A DNA stretch of 64,000 bases from the NCBI RefSeq assembly GCF_009914755.1, contig NC_060936.1; one strand, given 5' to 3'. A model generated the notes under the pieces. It had not been told where the DNA came from, searched no databases, and saw nothing but the letters and a program-made list of their open reading frames with translations. A program made the translations under genes and the position numbers. The DNA comes from the human T2T-CHM13v2.0 reference genome, Homo sapiens. Below are positions 42,605 through 57,545 of the stretch, in pieces; position 1 is the stretch's first letter, and the number at the start of each line of letters is the position of its first letter.

Positions 42605-42750
42605 GTACTTTCTTTTCTTTTTTCTTTTTCTTTTTTTGTACAGATGGGGTTTGTCTGTGTTGTCTGGGCTCAAACTTCTGGGCTCAAGTGATCCTCCTGC
42701 CTCTGCCTCCCAAAGTGCTGGGATTACAGGCATGAGCCACTGCGCCCAGT
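42605..42750 (-). mobile_element. Alu monomer (FLAM/AluJ left arm)
   Basis: gggctcaagtgatcctcctgcc...ccaaagtgctgggattacagg. Confidence 0.8.
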
Positions 42751-43028
42751 CTGGGTATACTTTAAACTATGGCACCCCAGTCCGTGGAAGCCTGGGTTTT
42801 ATTTCAGTGTGTTTTTTCCTTTTTATCTGCCACTCTGCACCACAGCATCGCTGTTTTGCTCCTGCCTGCCACCTTGCTGCTCTAGAGTGACTTTGGTGGG
42901 CAGTGAATCCTCGTGCCTCTGGCCTGCTGGCTGAGACCCGCGCTAAGCTTGTCCCGTCACAGCAGGGCAGCGGGAGAGACTGTTGTTGGGGGCCGCAGGT
43001 GGTGAGGGCCTCTCACTGTCCCCCACAG

Positions 43029-43258
43029 TCACGCTGAAGGGCCTGGAGGACCAGCTGCTGAGCGTGCTGGTGGCTTACGAGAGGCGGGAGCTGGAGGAGC
43101 AGCGGGAGCACCTCATCCAGGAGACCAGCGAGAACAAGAACCTGCTCAAGGACCTGGAAGATTCCCTCCTTCGGGAGCTGGCCACGTCCACGGGGAACAT
43201 GCTGGACAATGTGGACCTGGTGCACACCCTGGAGGAGACCAAATCCAAGGCAACAGAG
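43029..43258 (+). CDS. DNAH10: DNAH10 exon ([10 protein letters not shown]...SKATE)
   Basis: cacag|TC, GAG|gtagca; GLEDQLL motif. Confidence 0.93.
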
Positions 43259-44120
43259 GTAGCAACCACAGTGGAAGAGGCCGTGAGTCAGGCGGGGCCT
43301 GCATGCGCCGTTGGAGCGTCCATTTCTCTGTCTGCTCAATGAGAAAATGGGGCTCTGTGATCTCAGGGCTAAAAACCCACCTCTATTGGGATGTGCTGTG
43401 GGGAGGGGAGCCCTAAAGGTGTTCCCAGGGACCCTTGGGCATCAGGTCAGTCTCTTTAAATCGAGAGTGATAGAAAATCCAGCCCTGCCTGGCTTAAGTC
43501 AAAAGGGAAGTTATCAGCTGAGAAAGCAGAAAAGTTCAGAGATGGCCTCAGGTGGGGCTGGATCCAGGACTTCAAAAATACCAGGAGGACCTGGTTTCTG
43601 TCCATTTCTGGGCTGGGCCTTCTACTGGGTTGGCGTCATTCTCTGCCAGCTCCCCACATGGTCATAAGACTGGTCTGGCCTCACGTCCTCTCGGGTCCAA
43701 ACCCAAAGGGGTAAGTGAGAATCTTCCTGTTCCTACCGTGAAGGTCCTGAGAGTCACTTAGGTCACGTTTCTACCCCAAAGCAGCCCTGGGAGCTTGGGG
43801 ATGCTAGGCTCAGGTTAGCTGGCCCTGGGTCACATCTCCTGGAGTCGGGGTGGAACCCCATATGGGAAGAAAAGGGAGAGGGCAGTACCGGAGACTTACA
43901 AGCAGTGTTACTAGGGGAAGGGGCCATGGGTGCAGGGGCGTCAGCCACAAATATTCACCCCTTCCTACAAGAGGGTGGGTGCCCTCGCTCCCCTGCAGTC
44001 CCTGGATACTTTCAAAGCCCTGAAGCATTGTACATACCTCTCTGCTGTCCCCCTGCCCCTCCTGCCCTCTGCCCACATCTCAGTCTTCCTGTTTCCAGGG
44101 TCACCTGTGCTTTTCTTCAG

Positions 44121-44394
44121 GTCTCAGAGAAACTCAAGCTGGCGGAGAAGACAGCCTTGGACATCGACAGGCTGCGGGATGGCTACCGGCCAGCAGCCAG
44201 GAGGGGGGCCATCCTGTTCTTCGTCCTGTCTGAGATGGCCCTGGTGAACTCCATGTACCAGTACTCCCTGATTGCCTTCTTAGAGGTCTTCAGGCTGTCA
44301 CTGAAGAAGTCGCTGCCTGATTCCATCCTCATGAAACGCCTGAGGAACATCATGGACACGCTGACCTTCAGCATCTATAACCACGGCTGCACAG
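44121..44394 (+). CDS. DNAH10: DNAH10 exon (VSEKL...YRPAARRGAILFF...MYQYSL...)
   Basis: cttcag|GTC, G|gtgagc. Confidence 0.94.
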
Positions 44395-44496
44395 GTGAGC
44401 TCTCCCCACAGAGGAGGACATGTTAGTGTAGTTTGGTGTGCCAGACGTGGCTTTAAGGAAACGTGATCTGTGAAAATGGAAAGTTACCAAATAGCA

Positions 44497-44820
<324 letters not shown>

Positions 44821-44884
44821 CCGAATGGCATTCTTGAGTCTGGCGATTCATGTTACAAGAGGAATGTTTAAAGCACTGAATTTT

Positions 44885-45500
44885 AAGATAGCAGCTTTAT
44901 TGAGACACAATTTACATACCATAAATTCGTCCTTTAAAAATATACCATTCGGTGGTGATTCATAGCATATACATAGAGTTGTGCAGCTATCACTACTCTC
45001 TGGCTCCGGAACGTTTCCACCAGCCCCGAAATGAAATCCCATACCCATTAGCAGTCACCCCCTGGCCCCCCACTCCTAGTCCCTGGCAGTCACCGCTCTG
45101 CCTTCCATCTGTAAGGATTTACTTGCTCTGAACACTTCATGTCAATGGCATCATACGGTGTGTGACTTCATGACTGGTATCTTTCACTCCACTCCGTGAC
45201 CTCACGGTTCATCCGTGTTGCTGCGTGTGTCAGCGCTTCATTCCTGCCTGTGGCTGAGTCACATTCCATGTATGGACAGACCGCACTGTGTTTATCCACC
45301 CGTCACCTGATGGGCATTTGGGTTGTTTCGCTTGTTTTGCTATTAAGGCAATGCTCCTGTGAACATTTGTGTGCAGGTTTTTGTGTGAATGTGTGTTTTT
45401 AATTCTCTTGGGGGTATATCTAGAAAGGGAACTGCTGGGTCATAGGGTAATTCTATGTCTAACTTTTGAGGAACTGCCAAACTGTTTTCCAAAGTGACTA
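44885..45500 (-). mobile_element. Old L1 (L1MB-like) 3' fragment
   Basis: cagctttattgagacacaatttacatacc...gaggaactgccaaactgttttccaaagtg. Confidence 0.75.
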
Positions 45501-45729
45501 CAGTATATTTAAACCCCTAAATCATTGATTTTTTCAAAAGACTTTTTATTATGGAAAACATATGCAAAAGAGAATAGTGTCGTGATCGTCTGCACAGCCC
45601 TCACCTGGCAATGATTAGCTCTGGATTTGTTTATATGTAACACGGTTCCCCATCAACCCAGATTATGTTGAAAATTTGCTTCATATTCAGATCACTTATC
45701 TGTAAGTATGTTAGTTTGTATCTCTAAAA

Positions 45730-45990
45730 CAGAGGTCAGCAAACTTTTTCTGGAAAGGGTCAGATAGTAAGTGTTTTAGGCTTTGAAGGCTAAGTGATTT
45801 CTGCCACAACTACTCACTTCTGCAGTTGTGTGCCACAGGCCCCACTGGGCATGGTGGCAATTGTAGCACAAAAGCAGCCATTGGATGATATGGAAGTGAA
45901 TGGCCATGGCTGTGTTCCAATAAAACTTTTTTAGCAAAAACAGGCAGCAGGCTGGATTTGGCCCCTTGCTTGTGGTTTGCCCATCCCTGC
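45730..45990 (-). mobile_element. MER58A-like hAT MITE
   Basis: cagaggtcagcaaactttttctg...gttccaataaaacttt. Confidence 0.7.
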
Positions 45991-46131
45991 TATAAAATAG
46001 AAGGATTCTATCTCAAAACATAGACATAAGGCCATTATCATATCCCCAAATTAATAATTCCTGAATATCATCATATTCAGGTTTTCAAATGTTCCCAATT
46101 GTCTTATATGTCATGTTTCACATTATTTTAA

Positions 46132-47885
<1,754 letters not shown>

Positions 47886-47986
47886 TTAGGAAGCAGAGGG
47901 TGGGTAGGACACACTCGTGTCCCTTTCCAGTCCTCTTCTGCTGAGACACTGTACTGACAGTGATATTTTCCATGCACCAGCGTTTG

Positions 47987-48392
47987 GTGTATTAGTTTGC
48001 CATGCCTGCCATAACAAAATACCACCGACTGGGTGGCTTAAGCAACAGAAATTTATTTTCTCATAGTTTTGGAGGTCAGAAGTCCAAAATCAAGGTTTTG
48101 GTAGGTTTCGTTTCTCCTTAGGATGCTCCCCTTGGCTTGTAGGAGGCTGTCTTCCTGCTCTGTCCACACAAGGTCTTTCTTCTCTGCGTGTGAATCCCTG
48201 GTGTCTCTGTGTGTCCAAATTTCCTCCTCTTATAAGGACACCAGTGAGGTTGGACTGGGCCCACCTTAATGGCCTCATTTGAACTTAATCACCTATTTAA
48301 AGACCCTGTCTCCAAATACTGTCATATTCTCAGGTACTGGAAGTTGGGGCTTCAACATAGGAAGTTTGGAGAAATATAATTTAGCCCTTAAC
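47987..48392 (-). mobile_element. MLT1 solo LTR
   Basis: tgtattagtttg...ataacaaaataccaccgactgggtggcttaa...ataaggacaccagt. Confidence 0.8.
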
Positions 48393-48604
48393 AGTTGGGC
48401 AGAAAAGAGATTGTTTCTATAGGGCTCACTTAAGTAGCCAACCCTCCTAACACATATAAAGTAGAATTCAAATTACAAATTTTGACTTAAACAATTTTTT
48501 TTTCCAGGAACACATGTCTTCTGTTAAAAAGCAAAAAAGAAGAACGCTGGTATTTTGCATCCATTAATAAAGAGTCTGTTGATGGAGTGTGTGTCCTCTG
48601 CAAT

Positions 48605-48830
48605 AGAGGTTGGCAACCCCCTAGCCAGCATCCAAATCTGGCCCACTGCCTGCTTTTGTAAATAAAGTTTTATTGGAACAGGGCCATATCCATTTGTATA
48701 CATATTGTCTATGGTTGCTTTTGCACTACAATGGCGGAGTTGAGTGGTTATGACAGAGACCATCTAGCTTCCAAAGCCAAAAATATTTACTATCTGGCCC
48801 TTTGTAGAAAGTTTGCCAACACCTCTTCTA
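48605..48830 (+). mobile_element. MER58A-like hAT MITE
   Basis: gtaaataaagttttattggaaca...aaaatatttactatctggccctt. Confidence 0.75.
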
Positions 48831-49198
48831 GACTCTAATGGACACAAATGCCATGGAGTCAGGCAAACAACCTGCCTTCAGTGGAGAGGGCTGCCCCTGC
48901 TGTACTGCCCCTCACTGGCTTTTCCTCTTCCCAGGTTGGTGTGATTTTACCTCCTGTAGACATGGCCATTTCCGTTACATACAGGAGCATGTCACTACAG
49001 ACTGGGGCATGACCTAGGAACTGAGCTCATCTCTCTTGAACTTAGATATTCATGGACATTAGGTGCAAAGAGGGGTAAATGCAGCCATACAGTTCGAGTG
49101 TTTCATTTATCTTACGTTTAAGCACAGTGTGCATAAGAAACTCAGTTTTTTAAAAATGAATTTTAAGAAATCAATACTCATCTGATGTTTCCCTCCAG

Positions 49199-49303
49199 GG
49201 CTGTTTGAGAGGCACAAGCTACTCTTTTCTTTTAATATGACCATCAAGATAGAACAAGCAGAAGGGAGAGTCCCTCAAGAAGAACTAGATTTCTTTTTAA
49301 AAG
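49199..49303 (+). CDS. DNAH10: DNAH10 exon (LFERHKLLFSF...FFLKG)
   Basis: ctccag|GG, G|gtaatg; LFE.HKLLFSF motif. Confidence 0.92.
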
Positions 49304-49713
49304 GTAATGAATTTGCCTAGCTTCATTCCTCCCATCTCCTTGCCCACATGATACATGTATATAAGTTTGTCTGTTGAAACAAACAATAACAAAAATTCTC
49401 CTTAAAACTTGGCTTCCAACAGCACTGCATTTTTCACTATTCCAGTTGATCATTCCAGCCTCAGAAATGGCTCTGGTTGAAATCGGAGCAGCCAGCCTCT
49501 GTCTCGGGGCCATCCTGAGGCTGGAAGCTGGATGCTGCACTGAGCGCCTGGTTGGTGTCACTGGCGGTGACGAGGGCAAGCCTGGGCCACTTCCTGTTTC
49601 CAGTCTCCTTCTTGAAAAGTGGACTTTTCCCAAAAGTGGGAGAAGTCGAAGCAGAGTTGCTTGCTTTGTGTTAGTGGTACAATGGCTGCTTGCTTCTCTT
49701 CTGTTGTGATTAG

Positions 49714-49868
49714 GAAACATTTCCCTGGAGAAAAGCAAAAGAAAAAAGCCCTGCGCTTGGTTGTCTGACCAAGGATGGGAAGATATCATTCTTTTATCAG
49801 AAATGTTTTCAGACAACTTTGGGCAACTTCCTGATGATGTTGAGAATAATCAGACTGTCTGGCAGGAG
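49714..49868 (+). CDS. DNAH10: DNAH10 exon (NISLEK...WLSDQGW...WQE)
   Basis: gattag|GA, GAG|gtgagc. Confidence 0.91.
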
Positions 49869-50054
49869 GTGAGCCCACGTTCCCTTTCTCCTCCTCTCCT
49901 TCCCCACATGTCAACAATCTCCAAACCTCAACTGTGGCCCAACCCCTTAAGAGAAGACACTCCTTTGAGTAACCCATTCAGTGTGTAACTGATGCCCTGT
50001 AACTCCCTGATTGGAATTCTCCTTTGGCTAATTCAGCTAGTTGTATGGGAGATC

Positions 50055-50228
50055 CAACCATCTACCTGTCCGTCCGTCCATCCATCCATCCACCTACCCA
50101 CCCACCCATCCATCCATTTACCCACCGACCCATTCATCTACCCATCTGCCCACCCACCCATCTACTCATCCATCCATCCATCCATCCATGCACCCACTCA
50201 TCCATCCACCTACACACCCGTCCATCCA
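50055..50228. repeat. Degenerate (CCAT/CCAC)n microsatellite
   Basis: Directly visible. Confidence 0.9.
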
Positions 50229-50485
50229 AGAAATAGTTGTTGGGCATCTGCCATGTACCATGTCCCTTGATGGGCACTGGGGACTCAGTGAATAAGACTC
50301 AGTTGCTCCTTTCTCAATGTCATAGCCTTTGGGGGTAGAGAATGACAGATCTGACCAGGTGGCCTTCAGTTAGTACACCTATGGATTCTCGTCCCTTTCC
50401 AGTGGCTTTTGCCACCTTCACACATAAATGGGGACCTATGTCATTTCTGAGTTGACGCACAATGAATATTCTTTGCTTTTCCCAG

Positions 50486-50640
50486 TGGTATGACCTGGAT
50501 TCACTGGAGCAGTTTCCCGTCCCCTTGGGTTACGATAACAACATCACCCCTTTCCAGAAGTTGCTTATTTTGCGCTGTTTCCGTGTGGATCGGGTCTATC
50601 GGGCCGTGACTGACTATGTGACTGTAACAATGGGAGAGAA
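50486..50640 (+). CDS. DNAH10: DNAH10 exon (WYDLD...FQKLLILRCFRVDRV...)
   Basis: cccag|TGG, AA|gtaagt. Confidence 0.93.
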
Positions 50641-50809
50641 GTAAGTGTGTCGTTTTGTTGATTTGCCACTTTCCGTGGGGTGGAATCTCTAGCGTCCTCC
50701 CACCTTGGACTCAAAGAAAGCAGAGGCTGACCAGCTCCCAAGACAGCTGTCGCCACCCTGCTGTACAATATTCGATAGCCGATATTCTAGAATTCTTCAA
50801 TATTCTAGA

Positions 50810-51107
50810 ACAGTGCTAGTCATAAGAAATTCAGTGTGAGCCACATATGCAGTTTCGAAAGTTCTAGTAGCTACATTAGAAAAGAAATGGGCGCAATTAA
50901 TTGTAATAACATTTTATTTAAATGAATATATTAAAATTATCATTTGAATGTATAATCAATATGAACATGATTGAGACATTTTACATGCTTTTTTCTGGTA
51001 TTAAGTCTACAAAATCCTGTGTGAATTCACACTTACAGCACATCTCAATTGGGGCTAGCCACATTTTAAGTGCTGTGCCTCACGGCCATCGCACTGGACA
51101 ATGTAGC
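50810..51107 (+). mobile_element. MER33-like hAT MITE
   Basis: gagccacatatg...ttctagtagctacatt...cacttacagcacatctcaatt...ctagccacattt. Confidence 0.75.
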
Positions 51108-51376
51108 TCTAGCATGGGGTACGAAGCCAGGCGGAGCGTGTGGGGCTGCAGCTCAGATGTGCCCTTGTAGCCAGCAGGCCATGGCAGTGAGTGATGAGGC
51201 TGGGTGGGGTCCTGGTCCCTGGGCAGCTGCCCTTAGCTCCTGCTGACTGATACCAGGTGCCATTGGGAACCCACAGTGGCTGGATCCTCTGACTCTGAAA
51301 GAAGCTAGGACTTCAGATTTTTTCCTGAAATATCCCAATATCTTTGTGTTTGCAATGAATTTTAAAACGCACATCT

Positions 51377-51705
<329 letters not shown>

Positions 51706-52072
51706 CCACACACAAAACACAAAACTCAAAACTCAAGATGTGGACCATTCAGGACACGCCTGTGGAACCTCAGGGTTTTGTGCCATGGGCAGGCCCACCT
51801 AGAGGGCAAGCTGAGGTGCCCAGCTCAGCACAAACCAACTGAATCGAGTGTGAGGGGGTACAGAGAAGTCCCTGCCACTCAGGAGTTCCCCATCAGGGTG
51901 GGAGACGTGCATAGAAACTAGAATCTAAAACAGGGAAGACTGCAACGAGCTATCCCAGAGGAGTGGTCAGAAGGTTCTGGACACCGGAGGAGGCAGCGCT
52001 GATCAGACAGACCAGCCCCTGGTCTGGAGCTGTCCTCGCGGGAGAGTTTTCTGACTGTGTTTCTTTCACCAG

Positions 52073-52256
52073 GTATGTGCAGCCCCCAATGATCAGCTTT
52101 GAAGCTATTTTTGAGCAGAGCACTCCACATTCGCCCATTGTGTTTATCCTGAGTCCTGGCTCCGACCCTGCCACTGATCTTATGAAATTAGCAGAGCGAA
52201 GTGGTTTTGGAGGAAATCGCCTCAAATTCCTTGCAATGGGTCAAGGTCAAGAAAAG
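52073..52256 (+). CDS. DNAH10: DNAH10 exon, AAA6 (PIVFILSPGSDP...AMGQGQEK)
   Basis: caccag|G, AAG|gtaatt. Confidence 0.94.
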
Positions 52257-52464
52257 GTAATTTGTGGCTGAAAGGAACAAGCTCTACGTTTAGGGGAGGT
52301 CCCTGGTGTCTGCTAAGAAGGAGCTAACCTGGGTTTAAGCTGAGTGCCACGCCACAAATCAGTTGGATGCATTTCCGAGCTAAGAAGCAGTAATGAAACA
52401 CTGGGAAGATGACAATAATAGTTATGATTTCACAACCTCATGTTGTGATCATGGTGCTGTGCTG

Positions 52465-52790
52465 TTTTCTTTTTTTTTCCTTTTTCTTTTCTTTTTGAGA
52501 CAGGGTCTCACTCTGTCACCCAGGCTGGAGTGCAGTGGTGCGAACATAGCTCACTGCAGCCTCGACCTCCTGATTGTGAAGTGATCGTCCTGCCTCAGCC
52601 TCCCCAGTAGCAGCTGAGACTACAGGCATGCGTCACCATGCCTGGCTAATTTTTTTGGTATTTTCTGTAGAGAAAAATACAAACACGTCACCATGTTGCC
52701 CTGGCTGGTCTTGAACTCCTGGGCTCAAGCGATCCTTCCACTTCGGCCTCCCAAAGTGTTGGGATCACAGGCATGAGACACGATGCTCAG
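52465..52790 (-). mobile_element. AluJ
   Basis: Alu consensus; flanks gctgtgctgtttt. Confidence 0.85.
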
Positions 52791-53822
52791 GCTGTGCTGT
52801 TTTCAAAGCCCTTTCACACACAGTCCTTACCTTCCTTAGTCCCTGAACAGCCTCATTGTGGATCAGGATTATTATGGCCCCAATTGCATGGCCAAGGGAG
52901 TGGGTGGAGAGAGGCTGAGCCCAGGACCATTCAGGACAGAACTGTGGTGCAAATCCTCCTACCTTTCTGAGCCAGTGAGCTTTCTTTGCTGAGGTCTTGC
53001 CTCTCTGCATCACAGTGCTCCCTGCTAGAACTTGCTACACAAGTTCAGTACAATGTGGGACAAAGCTTGCAGGAAAAGTCTGTGCGTCAGTAAGTGTGAT
53101 GGTTGCAGGCATGCGTGTTGGGGTCAGAGGGAGCTGACTGCCAGTCCTGGCTTTGCTATGAACTGTGAGGCTTTGGGTAAGCCCCTCTACTGCTGAAAGC
53201 CCCTGGGTGAGATGAGGATGGCAATACCCATGCTGGATGGCCCAGGAGGCAAGCCCTGGGCACCAGCAAGGCGGGCCAGCTCTCTCAACCACAACACTGA
53301 AATAAGCTATTGTAACGCCAGCACTCATGTGTTTTAAGCCATTTCAGAAAGCAAGGCTTGATTTGGGTGTTTAGCTTGTTTGTGCTTTGAATTACATTTG
53401 GGAGGGGACATGGTGATTGTTTTCCAGGCCTAGGGCCCTGAAGATCTTACAGTGGCCAGGACAGTCCCGACTTCCTGGTGGGCTTTAGCTGGTCTCTTGC
53501 AGCCCTGCTCAGGAGTCCTCAGGGGACAGGAGCGACTGTGTGGGAGGAGCTGGGACTTCCAGGGCCAGGGAGGCAGATGAGTGCAAAATGCTCACCCATC
53601 TTCCAGGCTGGGTGTGACCAGCTCAGTGCACCCACGGGGCCCATGGGGTTTCTCAAAGATGGTTTATTTGAAGGCTCCACCTGTAGCTCCTGGATCCTCG
53701 GCTTGCTTTTGGCTTCTGCTGGAGCTGCCATCGCCCTTCTGTGGGTGTGGAGTGGGTCTCTGGAGAGCACGGGGTTGGGTTTGGATGCCAACCCCTCTCC
53801 TCTTCCCTCTCCCCCGGCGCAG

Positions 53823-54023
53823 GTGGCCCTGCAGCTGCTGGAGACGGCGGTGGCTCGGGGGCAGTGGCTGATGCTGCAGAACTGCCACCTCCTGGTCAAG
53901 TGGCTGAAAGATCTGGAGAAGTCCCTGGAGAGGATCACCAAGCCCCACCCAGACTTCCGCCTGTGGCTCACCACGGACCCCACCAAGGGCTTCCCCATTG
54001 GGATTCTGCAGAAGTCCCTAAAG
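53823..54023 (+). CDS. DNAH10: DNAH10 exon, AAA6 ([11 protein letters not shown]...HPDFRLWLT...)
   Basis: gcgcag|GTG, AAG|gtctgg. Confidence 0.93.
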
Positions 54024-54711
54024 GTCTGGCTTCAGGATGGACATCAACATGCCAGCACGCAGCTTCTCAGAACACCTGCATGCTGCTCTGGGGCCGGGGT
54101 GTGCCTTTGTCTGTGTAGAAATAAACCTTAGGCTGCAGGTGAAACCTTGCGGTTGAAACCCTTCTCAATCCCACCTCTCTCTTTAGAGGGAGCCGCTGTC
54201 CTGGGTTGGGTGTTTGTGACTCCCAGGCCTATCTCTACCAATTCTGCATGTGTCCCTAACAATATCTACGCTACTTTTCATAAACTTCACGGCCCCCCCC
54301 CCCCACACACAGCCTGCAGTTCGCTAGTGCTGACTGCAGGAGTTTCGCGTGGTTTACATGCCCCATTTAATTTATTCTCCGGGAAATTCTTTTGGAAAGG
54401 TTTTGTCATTCTCTGTCTCTCTCTCTCTCTCTGGGGAGGTGGAGGGAAGACTTTACTTTCATTTTATATATAGTAAAGGATCTCATGGTTCAGAGGAAGG
54501 TCAAAGACTCTTGACCCTTGACCCTGAGAGCCAGAACATCTAGTCCTTTAACTTCTCAGCCTGGGCCCTGGACAAGAGACTTTAGCTATTGGAGGTCTCA
54601 GACAGATGGCTCCGTAGAGAGGAAGGAAAGCGCAGTGCCTGCATTGTGCACACTCTTCCAAGCTTGTGGGCCTGCGGTCTCCATCACTGTGTGTTTTCTT
54701 CTCTTCTGAAG

Positions 54712-54921
54712 GTTGTCACCGAGCCACCCAATGGGCTGAAACTCAACATGAGGGCAACTTACTTCAAGATCTCTCACGAAATGCTGGACCAGTGCCCGCA
54801 CCCTGCCTTCAAGCCGCTGGTCTACGTGCTGGCGTTCTTTCATGCTGTGGTGCAGGAGAGAAGGAAGTTTGGGAAGATTGGCTGGAACGTGTACTATGAC
54901 TTCAATGAGTCTGACTTCCAG
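54712..54921 (+). CDS. DNAH10: DNAH10 exon ([10 protein letters not shown]...[18 protein letters not shown]...)
   Basis: ctgaag|GTT, CAG|gtgaca. Confidence 0.94.
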
Positions 54922-55100
54922 GTGACAGTGGCTGCTTCTCCTTGGAAATGGCTTCCTTAGGCGGCCCACTTCCTCCCGACTTTCCTCCGGGTTCAACCAC
55001 AGCAGGGTTGCACCGTTCCCAGCAGCCTTTTCAGAAAAGTATCAGAATGTGAACAGCTTGGTGGGTTTCAGTATAACTGAGCGTGTTCTCTTCTTTCAAG

Positions 55101-55196
55101 GTCTGCATGGAAATTCTGAACACGTACTTAACGAAAGCCTTCCAGCAACGGGACCCAAGGATCCCGTGGGGCAGCCTCAAGTACCTAATTGGAGAG
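55101..55196 (+). CDS. DNAH10: DNAH10 exon (VCMEIL...[12 protein letters not shown])
   Basis: ttcaag|GTC, GAG|gtaggg. Confidence 0.93.
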
Positions 55197-55838
55197 GTAG
55201 GGGTGACCGGGGATCCTTCCGCAGGTGCCTCTGGGGCTACAGAGCTGTGGCCTCGTGCCCCTATTTTCCTCTGAGCCCTCAGAACCAGCCTCTTCTGCCC
55301 CTGTGTTCCCCTTGGGTTTCTGTGACAATTCTCTCTGCTCTCACCTGGTTGTTCTTTGTCCTAAGTGAGCTCTGTTCACATGGAGGTTCCCTGAGCTGGA
55401 TCCATGGCTGGGGATCCAGGCAAGGCATCCTCTAGCCCCTTGCCTCAGCTGTTGCTGTATACAGAGCTCACAGGAAGCATCCCCGGTGGTCTGCACACGG
55501 CTCAGGCAGTGACATCAATTCCAAAGACAGAAGCAGCTGCTGGCTTCTTCAGCTGTTTGTTTGATGTGTTTGGGGGACTTTGCCTGCTGCACAGGAGCTC
55601 CCAACACTTCCTGAGGGCTTCTTACTGCTTTGGGCCCTATCCCTTGGGAAGCCAGCAAAGCCACAGATCAATTGTGTGAACAGTGGCCCGAAAGGTTATG
55701 CAAGTCAACAGGTTCAAGCCTTGCAGCAGCCAGGCTGCTGGAGTCTCTTGACCCTGGGTGAGCCTCTGGCCCCGGGCCCCCAGGGTGCACACAGTAGGTT
55801 CTGAGCTCCTGGCTGGCTCTCAGGCCCTCTAATTTCAG

Positions 55839-56010
55839 GTCATGTATGGAGGACGGGCCATCGACAGCTTTGATCGCCGCATCCTGACCATCTACATGGA
55901 TGAGTACCTGGGGGACTTCATTTTTGATACTTTCCAGCCATTCCACTTCTTCCGGAACAAGGAAGTGGACTACAAAATCCCTGTTGGTGATGAAAAGGAG
56001 AAATTTGTTG
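55839..56010 (+). CDS. DNAH10: DNAH10 exon (VMYGGRAIDSFDRRIL...)
   Basis: tttcag|GTC, G|gtgaga. Confidence 0.93.
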
Positions 56011-56339
56011 GTGAGATTTCTCAGACATGAAAAGATGTTTTCAAGGCTTTTTCTAAGGGAGACCATACATTTCAACCGGCTCCTCTCCTGGTGGGGGCTC
56101 CTCGGCTGGTCAGGTGTGGTCTGTTAAGCCTGTTAGGTGGCTCGGCAGACGCTTCCTGGCTGCAGAGCTGACTGATAGAGTTCAGATTTCCCATCCTGGA
56201 ATGATGGTAAATAAATCAGGTTCCACCTGGAAGGGCAGAATGGCCACAGTGAAGCTCACTGAGCCATTTTCGTAAAAGATGAACATACGGCTGGACTGGG
56301 TGTGGTAGTGTAGAATTTTTACATTAAAAACATGTCATT

Positions 56340-56660
56340 GGCTGGTCATGGTGGCTCGCACCTGTAATCCCTTCTTTGGAAGGCCAAGAAGGGCAGATCG
56401 CTTGAGCCCAGAAGTTCAAGACCAGCCTGGGCAACCAAGCAAGATCCCATCTCTACAAAAAATAAACAAAAAATCAAAACAAAAAAACAAAAAACAAAAA
56501 TATTAGCTGAGTGTGGTGGTGAATACCTGTAGTACCAGCTACTTGGGAGGCTGAGATGGGAGAAGAGCTTGAGCCCAGGAGGTCGAGGCTGTAGTGATCA
56601 ATGACCATGTCAGTGCACTTCAGCCTGGGTGACTAAGACCCTGTCTCAAAAAAAAAAAAA
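56340..56660 (+). mobile_element. AluJ
   Basis: Alu consensus, A tail. Confidence 0.85.
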
Positions 56661-56777
56661 GTCACCCTCTAAACAGTGGAAATTAGTCTTGCATGTCTTG
56701 GAGACTTTGAGGCTGTGGGCCCTGAGAAAGCACAGGTGGCTGGACAGTGCCACCTCCGTTGTTCTCTGTGATTGCAG

Positions 56778-56909
56778 AAGCCATCGAGGCCCTCCCGCTT
56801 GCCAACACGCCAGAAGTGTTTGGTCTCCACCCCAACGCTGAGATTGGCTATTACACGCAGGCGGCTCGAGACATGTGGGCTCACCTGCTGGAGCTGCAGC
56901 CTCAGACAG
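56778..56909 (+). CDS. DNAH10: DNAH10 exon (AIEALP...PEVFGLHPNAEI...)
   Basis: ttgcag|AA, G|gtaaac. Confidence 0.92.
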
Positions 56910-57072
56910 GTAAACTCTACTCAGGAGGACTTCATTAGTTTGATTGGGGTTTTACGATTGCTTCTTGTAGCCCTCCCACGTTGCTGATGCCTTTCCCAGA
57001 ACTGGAAGGCTCAGGAGGCTCCGGTTCTGCACGTGGATGCCTTGCTTTCTCTGAAAAGTGTCCTGGTTTTAG

Positions 57073-57284
57073 GGGAATCCAGCAGTGGTATCAGCCGCGA
57101 TGATTATATTGGCCAAGTGGCCAAAGAAATAGAAAACAAGATGCCCAAAGTCTTTGACTTGGACCAGGTGAGGAAGCGCCTCGGAACAGGACTCTCCCCC
57201 ACTTCGGTGGTGCTCCTGCAGGAACTGGAACGCTTCAACAAGCTTGTGGTCCGGATGACGAAGTCTCTGGCTGAACTTCAAAGG
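57073..57284 (+). CDS. DNAH10: DNAH10 exon (ESSSGIS...VVLLQELERFN...LQR)
   Basis: ttttag|GG, AGG|gtgagc. Confidence 0.92.
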
Positions 57285-57377
57285 GTGAGCCTGTCTCTCA
57301 TGTGCAGATTACTGCCTAGATACGTGGCACCTGGGGTTCTGATAGAGTCCTGCCCGATTGCTCTTGATTCTAAATAG

Positions 57378-57545
57378 GCCTTGGCTGGAGAAGTTGGAAT
57401 GAGCAATGAGTTAGATGATGTGGCCAGGTCTCTTTTTATCGGGCATATCCCTAATATCTGGAGAAGGCTTGCTCCTGACACCTTAAAGTCCCTTGGAAAC
57501 TGGATGGTCTACTTCCTGCGGCGGTTCAGCCAGTACATGTTGTGG
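57378..57545 (+). CDS. DNAH10: DNAH10 exon (ALAGEVGMSNELD...KSLGNW...W)
   Basis: aaatag|GCC, TGG|gtaagt. Confidence 0.92.
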
